Below, piece after piece: positions 17,459 through 26,723 of a stretch of DNA of 31,901 nucleotides. Positions within the stretch are counted from its first letter, which is position 1, and each line of letters opens with the position of its first letter. Source of the stretch: a virus (lineage: Duplodnaviria > Heunggongvirae > Uroviricota > Caudoviricetes); IMG/VR virus record IMGVR_UViG_2537561827_000016. One strand, given 5' to 3'. Below the pieces are notes generated by a model, which had not been told where the DNA came from, did not search any database, and was given only the letters and a program-made list of their open reading frames with translations. A program made the position numbers and the translations under genes.

Positions 17459-17884
17459 ATGAAGAAATTATCCCTTTCACTGATACTGAACGTGTCGCTG
17501 GCGCTGATGCTGGCACTGTCCCTGATTTACCCGCAGAGCGTGGCCGTCAGTTTTGTCGCCGCCTGGGCGATTCTGGCGACGGTTATCTGTGTGGTTGCCG
17601 GTGGTGTCGGCGTGTATGCCACTGAGTATGTGCTGGAACGCTACGGGCGGGAGCTGCCGCCGGAATCGCTGGCCGTGAAGATTGTCACGGCGCTGTTTTT
17701 GCAGCCGGTGCCGTGGCGCAGACGGGCGGCGGCTCTGGTGGTGATGGTGGCGACGTTTATCGCGCTGGTCGCTGCCGGGTGGATTTTTACCGCGCTGATT
17801 TATCTCGTGGCGTCGCTGTTTTTCCGGCTGATACGCACGGCCTGCCGTCAGCGTCTTGAGGGGCGGGAACTATGTCAAAGCTGA
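17459..17884 (+). CDS. lysA: Lysis regulatory membrane protein LysA
   Basis: 141 aa, multi-pass hydrophobic protein at the P2 lysA position. Confidence 0.8.
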   Translation: MKKLSLSLILNVSLALMLALSLIYPQSVAVSFVAAWAILATVICVVAGGVGVYATEYVLERYGRELPPESLAVKIVTALFLQPVPWRRRAAALVVMVATFIALVAAGWIFTALIYLVASLFFRLIRTACRQRLEGRELCQS

Positions 17885-18297
17885 TGATTGCACTGGTCGT
17901 GTTGTTATCGCTGGCGGTGGCGGGGCTGTTTCTGGCGAAGCATGAAAACGCCAGACTGCGCGCCTCACTGGACAGGGCGAACAATGTCGCCAGCGGGCAG
18001 CAGACGACCATCACCATGCTGAAAAACCAGCTTCATGTTGCCCTTACCAGGGCAGACAAAAACGAGCTGGCGCAGGTGGCACTGCGTCAGGAACTGGAGA
18101 ACGCCGCGAAGCGTGAAGCACAGCGCGAGAAAACCATCACGAGGTTACTCAATGAAAACGAAGATTTTCGCCGCTGGTACGGTGCTGACCTGCCTGATGC
18201 TGTGCGCCGGTTGCACCAGCGCCCGGCCTGCGCAGACGCCAGTGATTGTCCACAACGCCTGCCCGAAAGTGAGTCTTTGCCCGATGCCGGGCAGTGA
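17872..18297 (+). CDS. lysB: LysB, Rz-like inner-membrane spanin
   Basis: 141 aa with N-terminal TM segment and coiled-coil-like remainder; P2 lysB position. Confidence 0.8.
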   Translation: MSKLMIALVVLLSLAVAGLFLAKHENARLRASLDRANNVASGQQTTITMLKNQLHVALTRADKNELAQVALRQELENAAKREAQREKTITRLLNENEDFRRWYGADLPDAVRRLHQRPACADASDCPQRLPESESLPDAGQ

Positions 18298-18442
18298 CCC
18301 GCAGACGAACGGCGATTTAAGTGCCGATATCCGGCAGCTTGAGAACGCGCTGGCACGCTGTGCCAGCCAGGTAAAAATGATTAAACACTGTCAGGACGAA
18401 AACGATGCTCAACCCCGACAGCCTGCGCAGGGCGCTGACTGA
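18152..18442 (+). CDS. lysC: LysC, Rz1-like outer-membrane lipoprotein spanin
   Basis: 96 aa from ATG 18152 in the +1 frame of lysB. Lipobox-type signal MKTKIFAAGTVLTCLMLCAGC; extends past lysB into the start of R. Confidence 0.75.
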   Translation: MKTKIFAAGTVLTCLMLCAGCTSARPAQTPVIVHNACPKVSLCPMPGSDPQTNGDLSADIRQLENALARCASQVKMIKHCQDENDAQPRQPAQGAD

Positions 18443-18872
18443 TGCCGTCACGGTGCTGAAAACCAGCCCCGAGATGCTGCGGATATTCGTGGATAACGGG
18501 AGTATTGCCTCCACACTGGCGACGTCGCTGTCATTTGAAAAGCGTTACACGCTCAATGTCATTGTGACCGACTTTACCGGTGATTTTGACCTGCTCATCG
18601 TGCCGGTGCTGGCGTGGCTGCGGGAAAATCAGCCCGACATCATGACCACCGACGAAGGCCAGAAAAAGGGCTTCACGTTTTATGCAGACATCAACAATGA
18701 CAGCAGCTTTGATATCAGCATCAGCCTGATGCTGACCGAGCGCACGCTGGTCAGTGAGGTCGACGGCGCACTGCATGTGAAGAATATCCCGGAGCCCACG
18801 CCGCCGGAGCCGGTCACCCGCCCGATGGAGCTTTATATCAATGGCGAACTGGTGAGCAAGTGGGATGAATGA
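18405..18872 (+). CDS. R: Tail completion protein R
   Basis: 155 aa, P2 gpR size and position. Confidence 0.85.
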   Translation: MLNPDSLRRALTDAVTVLKTSPEMLRIFVDNGSIASTLATSLSFEKRYTLNVIVTDFTGDFDLLIVPVLAWLRENQPDIMTTDEGQKKGFTFYADINNDSSFDISISLMLTERTLVSEVDGALHVKNIPEPTPPEPVTRPMELYINGELVSKWDE

Positions 18873-19317
18873 GTTTAAGCGTTTTGAAGACCGGCTGACC
18901 GGACTGATTGAGTCGCTGTCACCGTCAGGGCGTCGACGACTGAGTGCCGAACTGGCGAAACGTCTGCGGCAGAGTCAGCAGCGTCGGGTGATGGCACAGA
19001 AAGCCCCGGACGGCACACCCTACGTGCCACGCCAGCAGCAGAGCGCCAGAAAAAAGACCGGTCGCGTTAAGCGAAAAATGTTTGCGAAACTTATTACCAG
19101 TCGTTTTTTGCATATCCGCGCCAGCCCGCAGCAGGCATCAATGGAATTTTACGGCGGGAAGTCGCCGAAAATCGCTAGTGTGCATCAGTTCGGTCTGTCG
19201 GAAGAAAACCGGAAAGACGGTAAGAAAATTGATTATCCGGCGCGTCCTCTGCTCGGCTTTACCGGTGAGGATGTGCAGATGATTGAAGAGATTATCCTGG
19301 CTCACCTCGACCGTTAG
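18865..19317 (+). CDS. S: Tail completion protein S
   Basis: 150 aa, P2 gpS size and position; overlaps R end. Confidence 0.85.
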   Translation: MNEFKRFEDRLTGLIESLSPSGRRRLSAELAKRLRQSQQRRVMAQKAPDGTPYVPRQQQSARKKTGRVKRKMFAKLITSRFLHIRASPQQASMEFYGGKSPKIASVHQFGLSEENRKDGKKIDYPARPLLGFTGEDVQMIEEIILAHLDR

Positions 19318-19383
19318 TTGTGCCATTCCCGACACCTCATCGTCACATTGCCGCCGGTATGACCCGGCGGCATCCTTCCCGTT

Positions 19384-20019
19384 ATGAACACTCTCGCAAA
19401 TATTCAGGAACTCGCGCGCGCACTGCGCAACATGATACGCACCGGCATTATCGTCGAAACCGACCTTAACGCCGGTCGCTGCCGTGTGCAGACCGGCGGC
19501 ATGTGCACCGACTGGCTTCAGTGGCTGACCCATCGCGCCGGACGTTCGCGCACGTGGTGGGCACCTTCCGAGGGGGAACAGGTGCTGATTCTGGCCGTGG
19601 GCGGTGAACTCGACACGGCGTTCGTTCTGCCGGGGATTTATTCCGGCGATAACCCCTCGCCGTCTGTGTCGGCGGGTGCCCTGCATATCCGTTTCCCTGA
19701 CGGGGCGGTGATTGAGTATGAACCCGAAACCAGTGCACTCATGGTAAGCGGAATTAAAACGGCCAGCGTGACGGCTTCTGATTCTGTTACTGCCACGGTA
19801 CCGGTGGTCACGGTGAAAGCGTCAACCCGTGTCACCCTGGACACACCGGAAGTGGTCTGCACTAACAAACTGACTACCGGCACGCTGGAAGTACAGAAGG
19901 GCGGGACGATGCGCGGCAACATTGAACACACCGGCGGTGAACTCTCATCAAACGGTAAGGTACTGCATACCCATAAACACCCCGGCGACAGCGGCGGCAC
20001 AACCGGGGGACCTCTATGA
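19384..20019 (+). CDS. V: Baseplate spike / assembly protein V
   Basis: 211 aa, P2 gpV size and position. Confidence 0.9.
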   Translation: MNTLANIQELARALRNMIRTGIIVETDLNAGRCRVQTGGMCTDWLQWLTHRAGRSRTWWAPSEGEQVLILAVGGELDTAFVLPGIYSGDNPSPSVSAGALHIRFPDGAVIEYEPETSALMVSGIKTASVTASDSVTATVPVVTVKASTRVTLDTPEVVCTNKLTTGTLEVQKGGTMRGNIEHTGGELSSNGKVLHTHKHPGDSGGTTGGPL

Positions 20020-20363
20020 CTGCGCGTTATCTCGGAATGAATCGCAGTGATGGCCTGACTGTCACTGACCTTGAGCATATCAGCCAGAGTATCGGCGATA
20101 TCCTGCGCACGCCGGTCGGCTCACGGGTGATGCGTCGTGATTACGGCTCCTTGCTGGCGTCAATGATTGACCAGCCGCAGACCCCGGCGCTTGAGTTGCA
20201 GATTAAGGTCGCCTGTTACATGGCGGTGCTGAAATGGGAACCCCGCGTCACCCTGTCATCCGTCACCACGGCGCGCAGTTTTGACGGGCGAATGACGGTC
20301 ACGTTAACCGGTCAGCACAACGACACCGGCCAGCCACTTTCGTTAACCATCCCTGTGAGTTGA
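20016..20363 (+). CDS. W: Baseplate wedge protein W (gp25-like)
   Basis: 115 aa, P2 gpW size; overlaps V stop. Confidence 0.9.
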   Translation: MTARYLGMNRSDGLTVTDLEHISQSIGDILRTPVGSRVMRRDYGSLLASMIDQPQTPALELQIKVACYMAVLKWEPRVTLSSVTTARSFDGRMTVTLTGQHNDTGQPLSLTIPVS

Positions 20364-20367
20364 AACC

Positions 20368-21276
20368 ATGCCGATTATCGACCTGAACCAGCTACCCGCA
20401 CCGGATGTGGTTGAGGAGCTGGACTTTGAAACCATTCTTGCCGAACGCAAGGCGACACTGATTTCCCTTTACCCGGAAGACCAGCAGGAGGCGGTCGCCC
20501 GTACCCTGACGCTGGAATCCGAGCCTCTCGTCAAACTGCTGGAGGAAAATGCGTATCGCGAGCTTATCTGGCGTCAGCGTGTGAATGAGGCTGCACGGGC
20601 GGTGATGCTGGCCTGTGCAGCCGATAATGACCTTGATGTGATTGGTGCCAATTACAACACCACGCGCCTGACTATCACCCCGGCAGATGATTCGACTATC
20701 CCGCCGACACCGGCAGTGATGGAGTCTGACACCGATTATCGTCTGCGTATTCAGCAGGCGTTTGAAGGCTTAAGCGTCGCCGGGTCGGTGGGAGCCTATC
20801 AGTATCATGGTCGCAGTGCCGACGGGCGTGTCGCGGATATCTCTGTCACCAGTCCGTCTCCGGCCTGTGTCACCATCTCTGTGCTGTCACGTGAAAATAA
20901 CGGTGTGGCATCTGAAGACCTGCTGGCTGTGGTGCGCAACGCCCTGAATGGCGAGGACGTCAGGCCGGTGGCCGACCGCGTGACCGTGCAGTCTGCCGCC
21001 ATTGTTGAATATCAGATAAACGCCACGCTTTACCTTTACCCTGGTCCCGAAAGCGAACCCATCCGCGCTGCTGCCGTGAAAAAACTGGAAGCGTATATCA
21101 CGGCACAGCACCGGCTGGGGCGCGACATCCGTCTGTCTGCCATTTATGCCGCTTTGCATGTGGAGGGCGTGCAGCGTGTTGAACTGGCTTCACCACTGGC
21201 CGACATCGTGCTCAACAGTACGCAGGCGTCTTTCTGTACCGAATACCGCGTCGTGACCGGAGGCTCGGATGAGTGA
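20368..21276 (+). CDS. J: Baseplate protein J
   Basis: 302 aa, P2 gpJ size and position. Confidence 0.9.
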   Translation: MPIIDLNQLPAPDVVEELDFETILAERKATLISLYPEDQQEAVARTLTLESEPLVKLLEENAYRELIWRQRVNEAARAVMLACAADNDLDVIGANYNTTRLTITPADDSTIPPTPAVMESDTDYRLRIQQAFEGLSVAGSVGAYQYHGRSADGRVADISVTSPSPACVTISVLSRENNGVASEDLLAVVRNALNGEDVRPVADRVTVQSAAIVEYQINATLYLYPGPESEPIRAAAVKKLEAYITAQHRLGRDIRLSAIYAALHVEGVQRVELASPLADIVLNSTQASFCTEYRVVTGGSDE

Positions 21277-21880
21277 TTCGCGACTGCTGCCGACCGGCTC
21301 ATCACCGCTTGAAATTGCTGCCGCAAAAGCCTGTGCGGAAATTGAAAAAACGCCGGTCAGTATTCGTGAGCTGTGGAACCCGGACACCTGCCCGGCAAAT
21401 CTGCTGCCGTGGCTGGCGTGGGCCTTTTCGGTCGACAGGTGGGATGAAAAGTGGCCGGAAGCGACAAAACGCGCCGTTATCCGCGATGCCTATTTCATCC
21501 ACTGTCATAAGGGTACTGTCGGCGCAATCCGGCGTGTTGTGGAGCCGCTCGGCTATCTGATTGAAGTGAGGGAGTGGTGGCAGCTCAACGAGGAGCCGGG
21601 GACGTTCCGTATCGTTGTTGGCGTGCTTGAGCAGGGTATTACCGAAGAAATGTATCTGGAGCTGGAACGTCTCGTTGCTGATGCAAAACCGGCGAGCCGC
21701 CATCTGACGGGACTGGCTATCAGTTTAAGTACAACCGGCAACATTTTTGCCGGAACGGGATGCTATCACGGTGACGCCCTGACGGTTTATCCCTACACCC
21801 CGGAGGCCATTATTGTCGGAGGGGATTATTTCCCGGCCTCGGTCATTCATTTAATTGATAACCTGAGAGTAAACGCATGA
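21269..21880 (+). CDS. I: Baseplate protein I
   Basis: ORF overlapping J end and H start; P2 gpI position. Exact start uncertain. Confidence 0.82.
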   Translation: MSDSRLLPTGSSPLEIAAAKACAEIEKTPVSIRELWNPDTCPANLLPWLAWAFSVDRWDEKWPEATKRAVIRDAYFIHCHKGTVGAIRRVVEPLGYLIEVREWWQLNEEPGTFRIVVGVLEQGITEEMYLELERLVADAKPASRHLTGLAISLSTTGNIFAGTGCYHGDALTVYPYTPEAIIVGGDYFPASVIHLIDNLRVNA

Positions 21881-22596
21881 CAGTGAAATACTACGCCATT
21901 CTGACTAATCAGGGCGCAGCACGACTGGCTAACGCGACGATGCTCGGCAGTAAGCTGAATCTGACGCAAATGGCCGTTGGTGATGCGAATGGTGTATTAC
22001 CGACACCAGACCCGGCACAGACAAAACTGATTAACCAGAAACGCATTGCACCGCTGAATCTTCTGAGTGTTGACCCTAACAATCAGAGCCAGATTATTGC
22101 GGAGCAAATTATCCCTGAAAACGAGGGAGGATTCTGGATCCGTGAGATTGGGCTTTATGATGATGAAGGCGTACTCATTGCGGTGGCGAACTGCCCGGAA
22201 ACGTACAAACCGCAGTTGCAGGAAGGCAGTGGTCGTACCCAGACTATCCGCATGATTCTGGTTGTCTCGAATACCGAAGCCATCACGCTGAAAATCGACC
22301 CGTCGGTAGTACTGGCGACCCGTAAATATGTGGATGACAAAATCTCAGAACACGAACATTCACGACGACACCCGGATGCATCGCTGACCGCAAAAGGTTT
22401 TACTCAGTTAAGCAGCGCAACCAACAGCACGTCTGAAACACTGGCCGCAACGCCGAGAGCGGTAAAGGTCGCGTATGACTTGCTAACGGGAAATATACCG
22501 CACAGGACGCGACCACAGCGCGAAAAGGTCTTGTCCAGCTCAGTAGCGCCACCAATAGCACTTCTGAAACGCTGGCCGCAACACCGAAAGCGGTGA
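21877..22596 (+). CDS. H: Tail fibre protein H, N-terminal fragment (gene interrupted by apparent frameshift)
   Basis: N-terminal region with the conserved GFTQLSSATNSTSETLAATPRAVKVAYDL motif of P2-type tail fibres; reading frame is lost near 22480 and runs to a stop at 22596. Confidence 0.8.
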   Translation: MTVKYYAILTNQGAARLANATMLGSKLNLTQMAVGDANGVLPTPDPAQTKLINQKRIAPLNLLSVDPNNQSQIIAEQIIPENEGGFWIREIGLYDDEGVLIAVANCPETYKPQLQEGSGRTQTIRMILVVSNTEAITLKIDPSVVLATRKYVDDKISEHEHSRRHPDASLTAKGFTQLSSATNSTSETLAATPRAVKVAYDLLTGNIPHRTRPQREKVLSSSVAPPIALLKRWPQHRKR

Positions 22597-23777
22597 AGTC
22601 TGCCTATGACAATGCTGAAAAACGTCTTCAGAAAGATCAGAACGGCGCGGATATTCCTGATAAAAGATTATTCCTGCGCAATATTGGAGCAACAAATTCA
22701 ACAACCATGTCTTTTAGTGGTGGTACAGGATGGTTCAGGCTGGCAACTGTAACCATGCCACAGGCCAGTTCCGTGGTTTACATAAGTCTGATTGGTGGTT
22801 CTGGATATAATGTTAACTCCCCTATGCAGGCTGGTATATCTGAACTTGTTCTTCGTGCGGGAAATGGGAATCCAAAAGGTCTTACTGGTGCGTTATGGCG
22901 ACGGACATCGGTTGGATTTACTAATTTTGCATGGGTGAATACATCCGGTGATACCTATGATGTTTATGTTGAAATAGGTAATTACACCACACGTGTTAAT
23001 ATTCAGTGGGATTATACCAGTAACGCCAGCGTAACGATTCATACATCACCATCTTATACAGCGAATAAACCAACAGGCCTGACAGATGGAACTGTATATG
23101 TAATTTACAGTTCACATATTAAACCTACTGCTGCTGACCTTGGCTTGAGCGATGCAAGTGGATACGTGGGACGCTTGGTGAATACCCGGGTTTTCACGTC
23201 ATCAGGTACGTACACCCCGACGCCAGGAACAAAACGGATTAGGGTCACAATAACGGGCGGCGGTGGCGGAGGGGGCGGCTGCAAGGCTATATCCAATAAT
23301 GAAACGTTTTTCGGTGCTGGCGGTGGGGCCGGTGGAACAATAATTTCAATAATGACCCCGATACAGAATAGTTATCCAGTCACTATCGGCGCAGGTGGGG
23401 CCGGTGGTGTTAGTGCGACGAACGGCACCAGTGGCGGGAATAGCGTATTCGCATCGTTAATTGCTCCTGGTGGCGCAGGTGGCGGGAAAGTGGGAATTAC
23501 AAACACAAACGGCGGTAACGGAGGTGTGCCGAGTACTGGCGATATCCGCATCACTGGTGGAAATGGAGGCGACGGTCAGTCCGGAAATATCAGCGTCAGT
23601 GGTGAAGGCGGAACATCGTACTGGGGTGGCGGTGGACGCGCAGGCGCTGGCGGTGGCGTTAGCGGTAAGGCATATGGTTCAGGCGGAGGTGGTGCATACG
23701 ATGCCGGTTATAGCGGAACCAGTATGACAGGCGGGAAAGGTGCCGCTGGGATTTGTATTATCGAGGAGTTTGCATAA
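22593..23777 (+). CDS. H: Tail fibre protein H, C-terminal fragment with Gly-rich distal domain
   Basis: Coordinates follow the ORF track (GTG at 22593). The same frame is open from 22479 and encodes LANGKYTAQDATTARKGLVQLSSATNSTSETLAATPKAVKSAYD, continuing the H motif. C-terminus is glycine-rich, including an eight-glycine run. Confidence 0.75.
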   Translation: MKSAYDNAEKRLQKDQNGADIPDKRLFLRNIGATNSTTMSFSGGTGWFRLATVTMPQASSVVYISLIGGSGYNVNSPMQAGISELVLRAGNGNPKGLTGALWRRTSVGFTNFAWVNTSGDTYDVYVEIGNYTTRVNIQWDYTSNASVTIHTSPSYTANKPTGLTDGTVYVIYSSHIKPTAADLGLSDASGYVGRLVNTRVFTSSGTYTPTPGTKRIRVTITGGGGGGGGCKAISNNETFFGAGGGAGGTIISIMTPIQNSYPVTIGAGGAGGVSATNGTSGGNSVFASLIAPGGAGGGKVGITNTNGGNGGVPSTGDIRITGGNGGDGQSGNISVSGEGGTSYWGGGGRAGAGGGVSGKAYGSGGGGAYDAGYSGTSMTGGKGAAGICIIEEFA

Positions 23778-24187
23778 TGAATGCGTCATATGCAGTTATT
23801 GAAAATGGGATGGTTGTGAATGTCATTGTCTGGGATGGCGAGGCTGAATTCACAGTGCCGGATAATCAGCAGCTCATTGATATTTCTGATATCAGTGAGC
23901 ATCCCGGAATCGGCTGGGGGTATTCAGACGGGGTATTTACTGCGCCGCTCCCTCCGGAACGTTCTCATGATGAACTGGTAGCTGACGCTGAACAGAAAAA
24001 ACAGTCGCTGATAGACGCAGCAATGGCCAATATCAGCGTGATTCAGTTAAAGCTGCAGGCCGGGCGCAAACTGACGCAAGAAGAAACTACCCGACTTAAC
24101 GTTGTGCTGGATTATATCGACGCTGTGACGGCAACAGATACCAGCACCGCACCGGATGTCATCTGGCCTGAACTGCAGGAGGCGTAG
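23777..24187 (+). CDS. G: Tail fibre assembly chaperone (G/Tfa-like)
   Basis: 136 aa from ATG 23777, overlapping the H stop (TAATG). The acidic C-terminus ending in PDVIWPELQEA is of the kind seen at Tfa chaperone C-termini; N-terminus diverged. Confidence 0.7.
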   Translation: MNASYAVIENGMVVNVIVWDGEAEFTVPDNQQLIDISDISEHPGIGWGYSDGVFTAPLPPERSHDELVADAEQKKQSLIDAAMANISVIQLKLQAGRKLTQEETTRLNVVLDYIDAVTATDTSTAPDVIWPELQEA

Positions 24188-24393
24188 GCCATTCAATATC
24201 TGACGTACCGGAAGTATCGGACCGCTCCGGTGCGTACAGGTAATCCAGCCACAAATTATATTGCGCCAGTACCTCAGACCTGCCGGGCTATTGCTTACTG
24301 TTCATGTATTTATTGGCCTGATTAATCAGTAGCTGTCTTTCTGGTCGTGTGGATCCTGCAAATCCTGAATGGTCGGAAATACCGCAATAAATA

Positions 24394-24421
24394 CAGGCGG
24401 GCTGATTGCCCGCCTTTTTTA
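24394..24421 (+). terminator. Rho-independent terminator after G
   Basis: Hairpin GGCGGG-ctgattg-CCCGCC followed by TTTTTTAT. Confidence 0.6.
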
Positions 24422-24517
24422 TCTGTTGTTTCATCCCCTGACCAGCCAGGTCAAATAGCATCTCATGCCCTGCACAACTGAAAATACCACTCACCCATTA
24501 ACCACGGAGTTAAACGG

Positions 24518-25708
24518 ATGAGTGACTATCATCACGGCGTGCAGGTGCTGGAGATTAACGACGGCACCCGCGTCATTTCCACCGTATCCACGGCCATTGT
24601 CGGCATGGTCTGCACGGCCAGCGATGCAGATGCGGAAACCTTCCCCCTCAATAAACCGGTGCTGATTACCAATGTGCAGAGCGCAATTGCGAAGGCCGGT
24701 AAAAAAGGCACGCTGGCGGCATCGTTACAGGCCATCGCCGACCAGTCAAAACCGGTCACCGTTGTCGTGCGTGTGGAAGACGGCACCGGCGAAGACGAAG
24801 AAACGAAACTCGCGCAGACCGTTTCCAATATCATCGGCACCACCGACGAAAACGGTCAGTACACCGGACTGAAAGCCCTGCTGGCGGCGGAGTCGGTAAC
24901 CGGTGTAAAACCGCGTATTCTCGGCGTGCCGGGACTGGATACCAAAGAGGTGGCTGTTGCACTGGCATCAGTCTGTCAGAAGCTGCGCGCTTTCGGGTAT
25001 ATCAGCGCATGGGGCTGTAAAACCATTTCCGAGGTGAAAGCCTACCGTCAGAATTTCAGCCAGCGTGAGCTGATGGTCATCTGGCCGGATTTCCTCGCAT
25101 GGGATACGGTCACCAGTACCACCGCCACCGCGTATGCCACCGCCCGTGCACTGGGGCTGCGCGCTAAAATCGACCAGGAGCAGGGCTGGCATAAAACGCT
25201 GTCCAACGTCGGGGTAAACGGTGTTACCGGCATCAGCGCATCTGTATTCTGGGATTTGCAGGAGTCCGGCACCGATGCTGACCTGCTTAACGAGTCAGGT
25301 GTCACTACGCTGATTCGCCGCGACGGTTTCCGCTTCTGGGGTAACCGTACCTGCTCTGATGACCCGCTGTTCCTCTTTGAAAACTACACCCGCACTGCGC
25401 AGGTGCTGGCCGACACGATGGCTGAGGCGCACATGTGGGCTGTGGATAAGCCCATCACCGCAACGCTGATTCGCGACATCGTTGACGGCATCAATGCCAA
25501 ATTCCGTGAGCTGAAAACAAACGGCTATATCGTGGATGCGACCTGCTGGTTCAGCGAAGAATCCAACGATGCGGAAACCCTCAAGGCCGGAAAACTGTAT
25601 ATCGACTACGACTATACCCCGGTGCCTCCTCTTGAAAACCTGACCCTGCGCCAGCGTATTACCGATAAATACCTGGCAAATCTGGTCACCTCGGTTAACA
25701 GCAATTAA
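24518..25708 (+). CDS. FI: Tail sheath protein
   Basis: 396 aa, same size as P2 gpFI; preceded by a GGAG-like RBS. Confidence 0.93.
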   Translation: MSDYHHGVQVLEINDGTRVISTVSTAIVGMVCTASDADAETFPLNKPVLITNVQSAIAKAGKKGTLAASLQAIADQSKPVTVVVRVEDGTGEDEETKLAQTVSNIIGTTDENGQYTGLKALLAAESVTGVKPRILGVPGLDTKEVAVALASVCQKLRAFGYISAWGCKTISEVKAYRQNFSQRELMVIWPDFLAWDTVTSTTATAYATARALGLRAKIDQEQGWHKTLSNVGVNGVTGISASVFWDLQESGTDADLLNESGVTTLIRRDGFRFWGNRTCSDDPLFLFENYTRTAQVLADTMAEAHMWAVDKPITATLIRDIVDGINAKFRELKTNGYIVDATCWFSEESNDAETLKAGKLYIDYDYTPVPPLENLTLRQRITDKYLANLVTSVNSN

Positions 25709-25720
25709 GGAGCCTGACCG

Positions 25721-26239
25721 ATGGCAATGCCGCGCAAACTCAAGTTAATGAACGTCTTTCTGAACGGCTACAGCTATCAGGGCGTCGCGAAGTCCGTCAC
25801 GCTACCAAAACTGACCCGTAAGCTCGAAAACTATCGCGGTGCGGGAATGAACGGCAGCGCACCGGTAGACCTCGGCCTTGATGACGATGCGCTGTCAATG
25901 GAGTGGTCGCTCGGTGGCTTCCCGGATTCGGTTATCTGGGAGCTTTACGCCGCAACCGGTGTGGATGCCGTGCCGATTCGTTTTGCAGGCTCTTACCAGC
26001 GCGACGATACCGGCGAAACGGTGGCCGTCGAAGTGGTCATGCGTGGACGTCAGAAAGAAATCGACACCGGCGAGGGTAAACAGGGAGAAGACACTGAGTC
26101 GAAAATCTCCGTGGTCTGCACCTATTTCCGGCTGACGATGGACGGTAAGGAGCTGGTCGAAATTGACACCATCAACATGATTGAGAAGGTGAACGGCGTC
26201 GACCGGCTGGAGCAACACCGCCGCAATATCGGCCTGTGA
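25721..26239 (+). CDS. FII: Tail tube protein
   Basis: 172 aa, same size as P2 gpFII. Confidence 0.93.
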   Translation: MAMPRKLKLMNVFLNGYSYQGVAKSVTLPKLTRKLENYRGAGMNGSAPVDLGLDDDALSMEWSLGGFPDSVIWELYAATGVDAVPIRFAGSYQRDDTGETVAVEVVMRGRQKEIDTGEGKQGEDTESKISVVCTYFRLTMDGKELVEIDTINMIEKVNGVDRLEQHRRNIGL

Positions 26240-26295
26240 TTTTCATCCGGTCAGCCTGGCTGGCCGGTTAACCCTGATTCAGAAGTGAGAAAACC

Positions 26296-26571
26296 ATGAA
26301 CAAAGAAAATGTCATTACCCTGGACAATCCGGTCAAGCGTGGTGAGCAGGTTATCGAACAGGTCACGCTGATGAAACCCAATGCCGGGACGCTGCGCGGT
26401 GTCAGTCTGGCTGCGGTCGCAAACTCCGAAGTCGATGCACTGATTAAAGTGCTGCCGCGCATGACGGCACCGATGCTGACCGAGCAGGAGGTCGCCGCGC
26501 TGGAACTGCCTGACCTTGTGGCACTGGCCGGTAAGGTGGTCGGTTTTTTGTCGCCGAACTCGGTGCAGTAA
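26296..26571 (+). CDS. E: Tail assembly chaperone E
   Basis: 91 aa, P2 gpE size; contains slippery T-TTT-TTG at 26544-26550 near its 3' end. Confidence 0.85.
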   Translation: MNKENVITLDNPVKRGEQVIEQVTLMKPNAGTLRGVSLAAVANSEVDALIKVLPRMTAPMLTEQEVAALELPDLVALAGKVVGFLSPNSVQ

Positions 26572-26723
26572 CGTTTCCGAAAAATCTCTCGGTCGATGAC
26601 CTGATGGCGGATGTGGCAGTGATATTTCACTGGCCGCCATCAGAACTGTATCCCATGAGCCTGACCGAACTCATCACATGGCGCGAAAAGGCGCTCCGGC
26701 GAAGCGGAAACACGAATGAGTAA
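26296..26723 (+). CDS. E': Tail assembly chaperone E+E' (programmed -1 frameshift product)
   Basis: From the slippery heptamer at 26544-26550 the -1 frame is open to TAA at 26721-26723, giving about 142 aa in total (P2 E+E' size); ends overlapping the T start. Confidence 0.7.

Noticed and set aside
24288-24494. 68-aa minus-strand ORF at the Z/fun position
   Set aside because: It spans the G terminator hairpin (24394-24421) and has no clear RBS or recognisable motif; more likely a spurious ORF. Kept only as a low-probability possibility.
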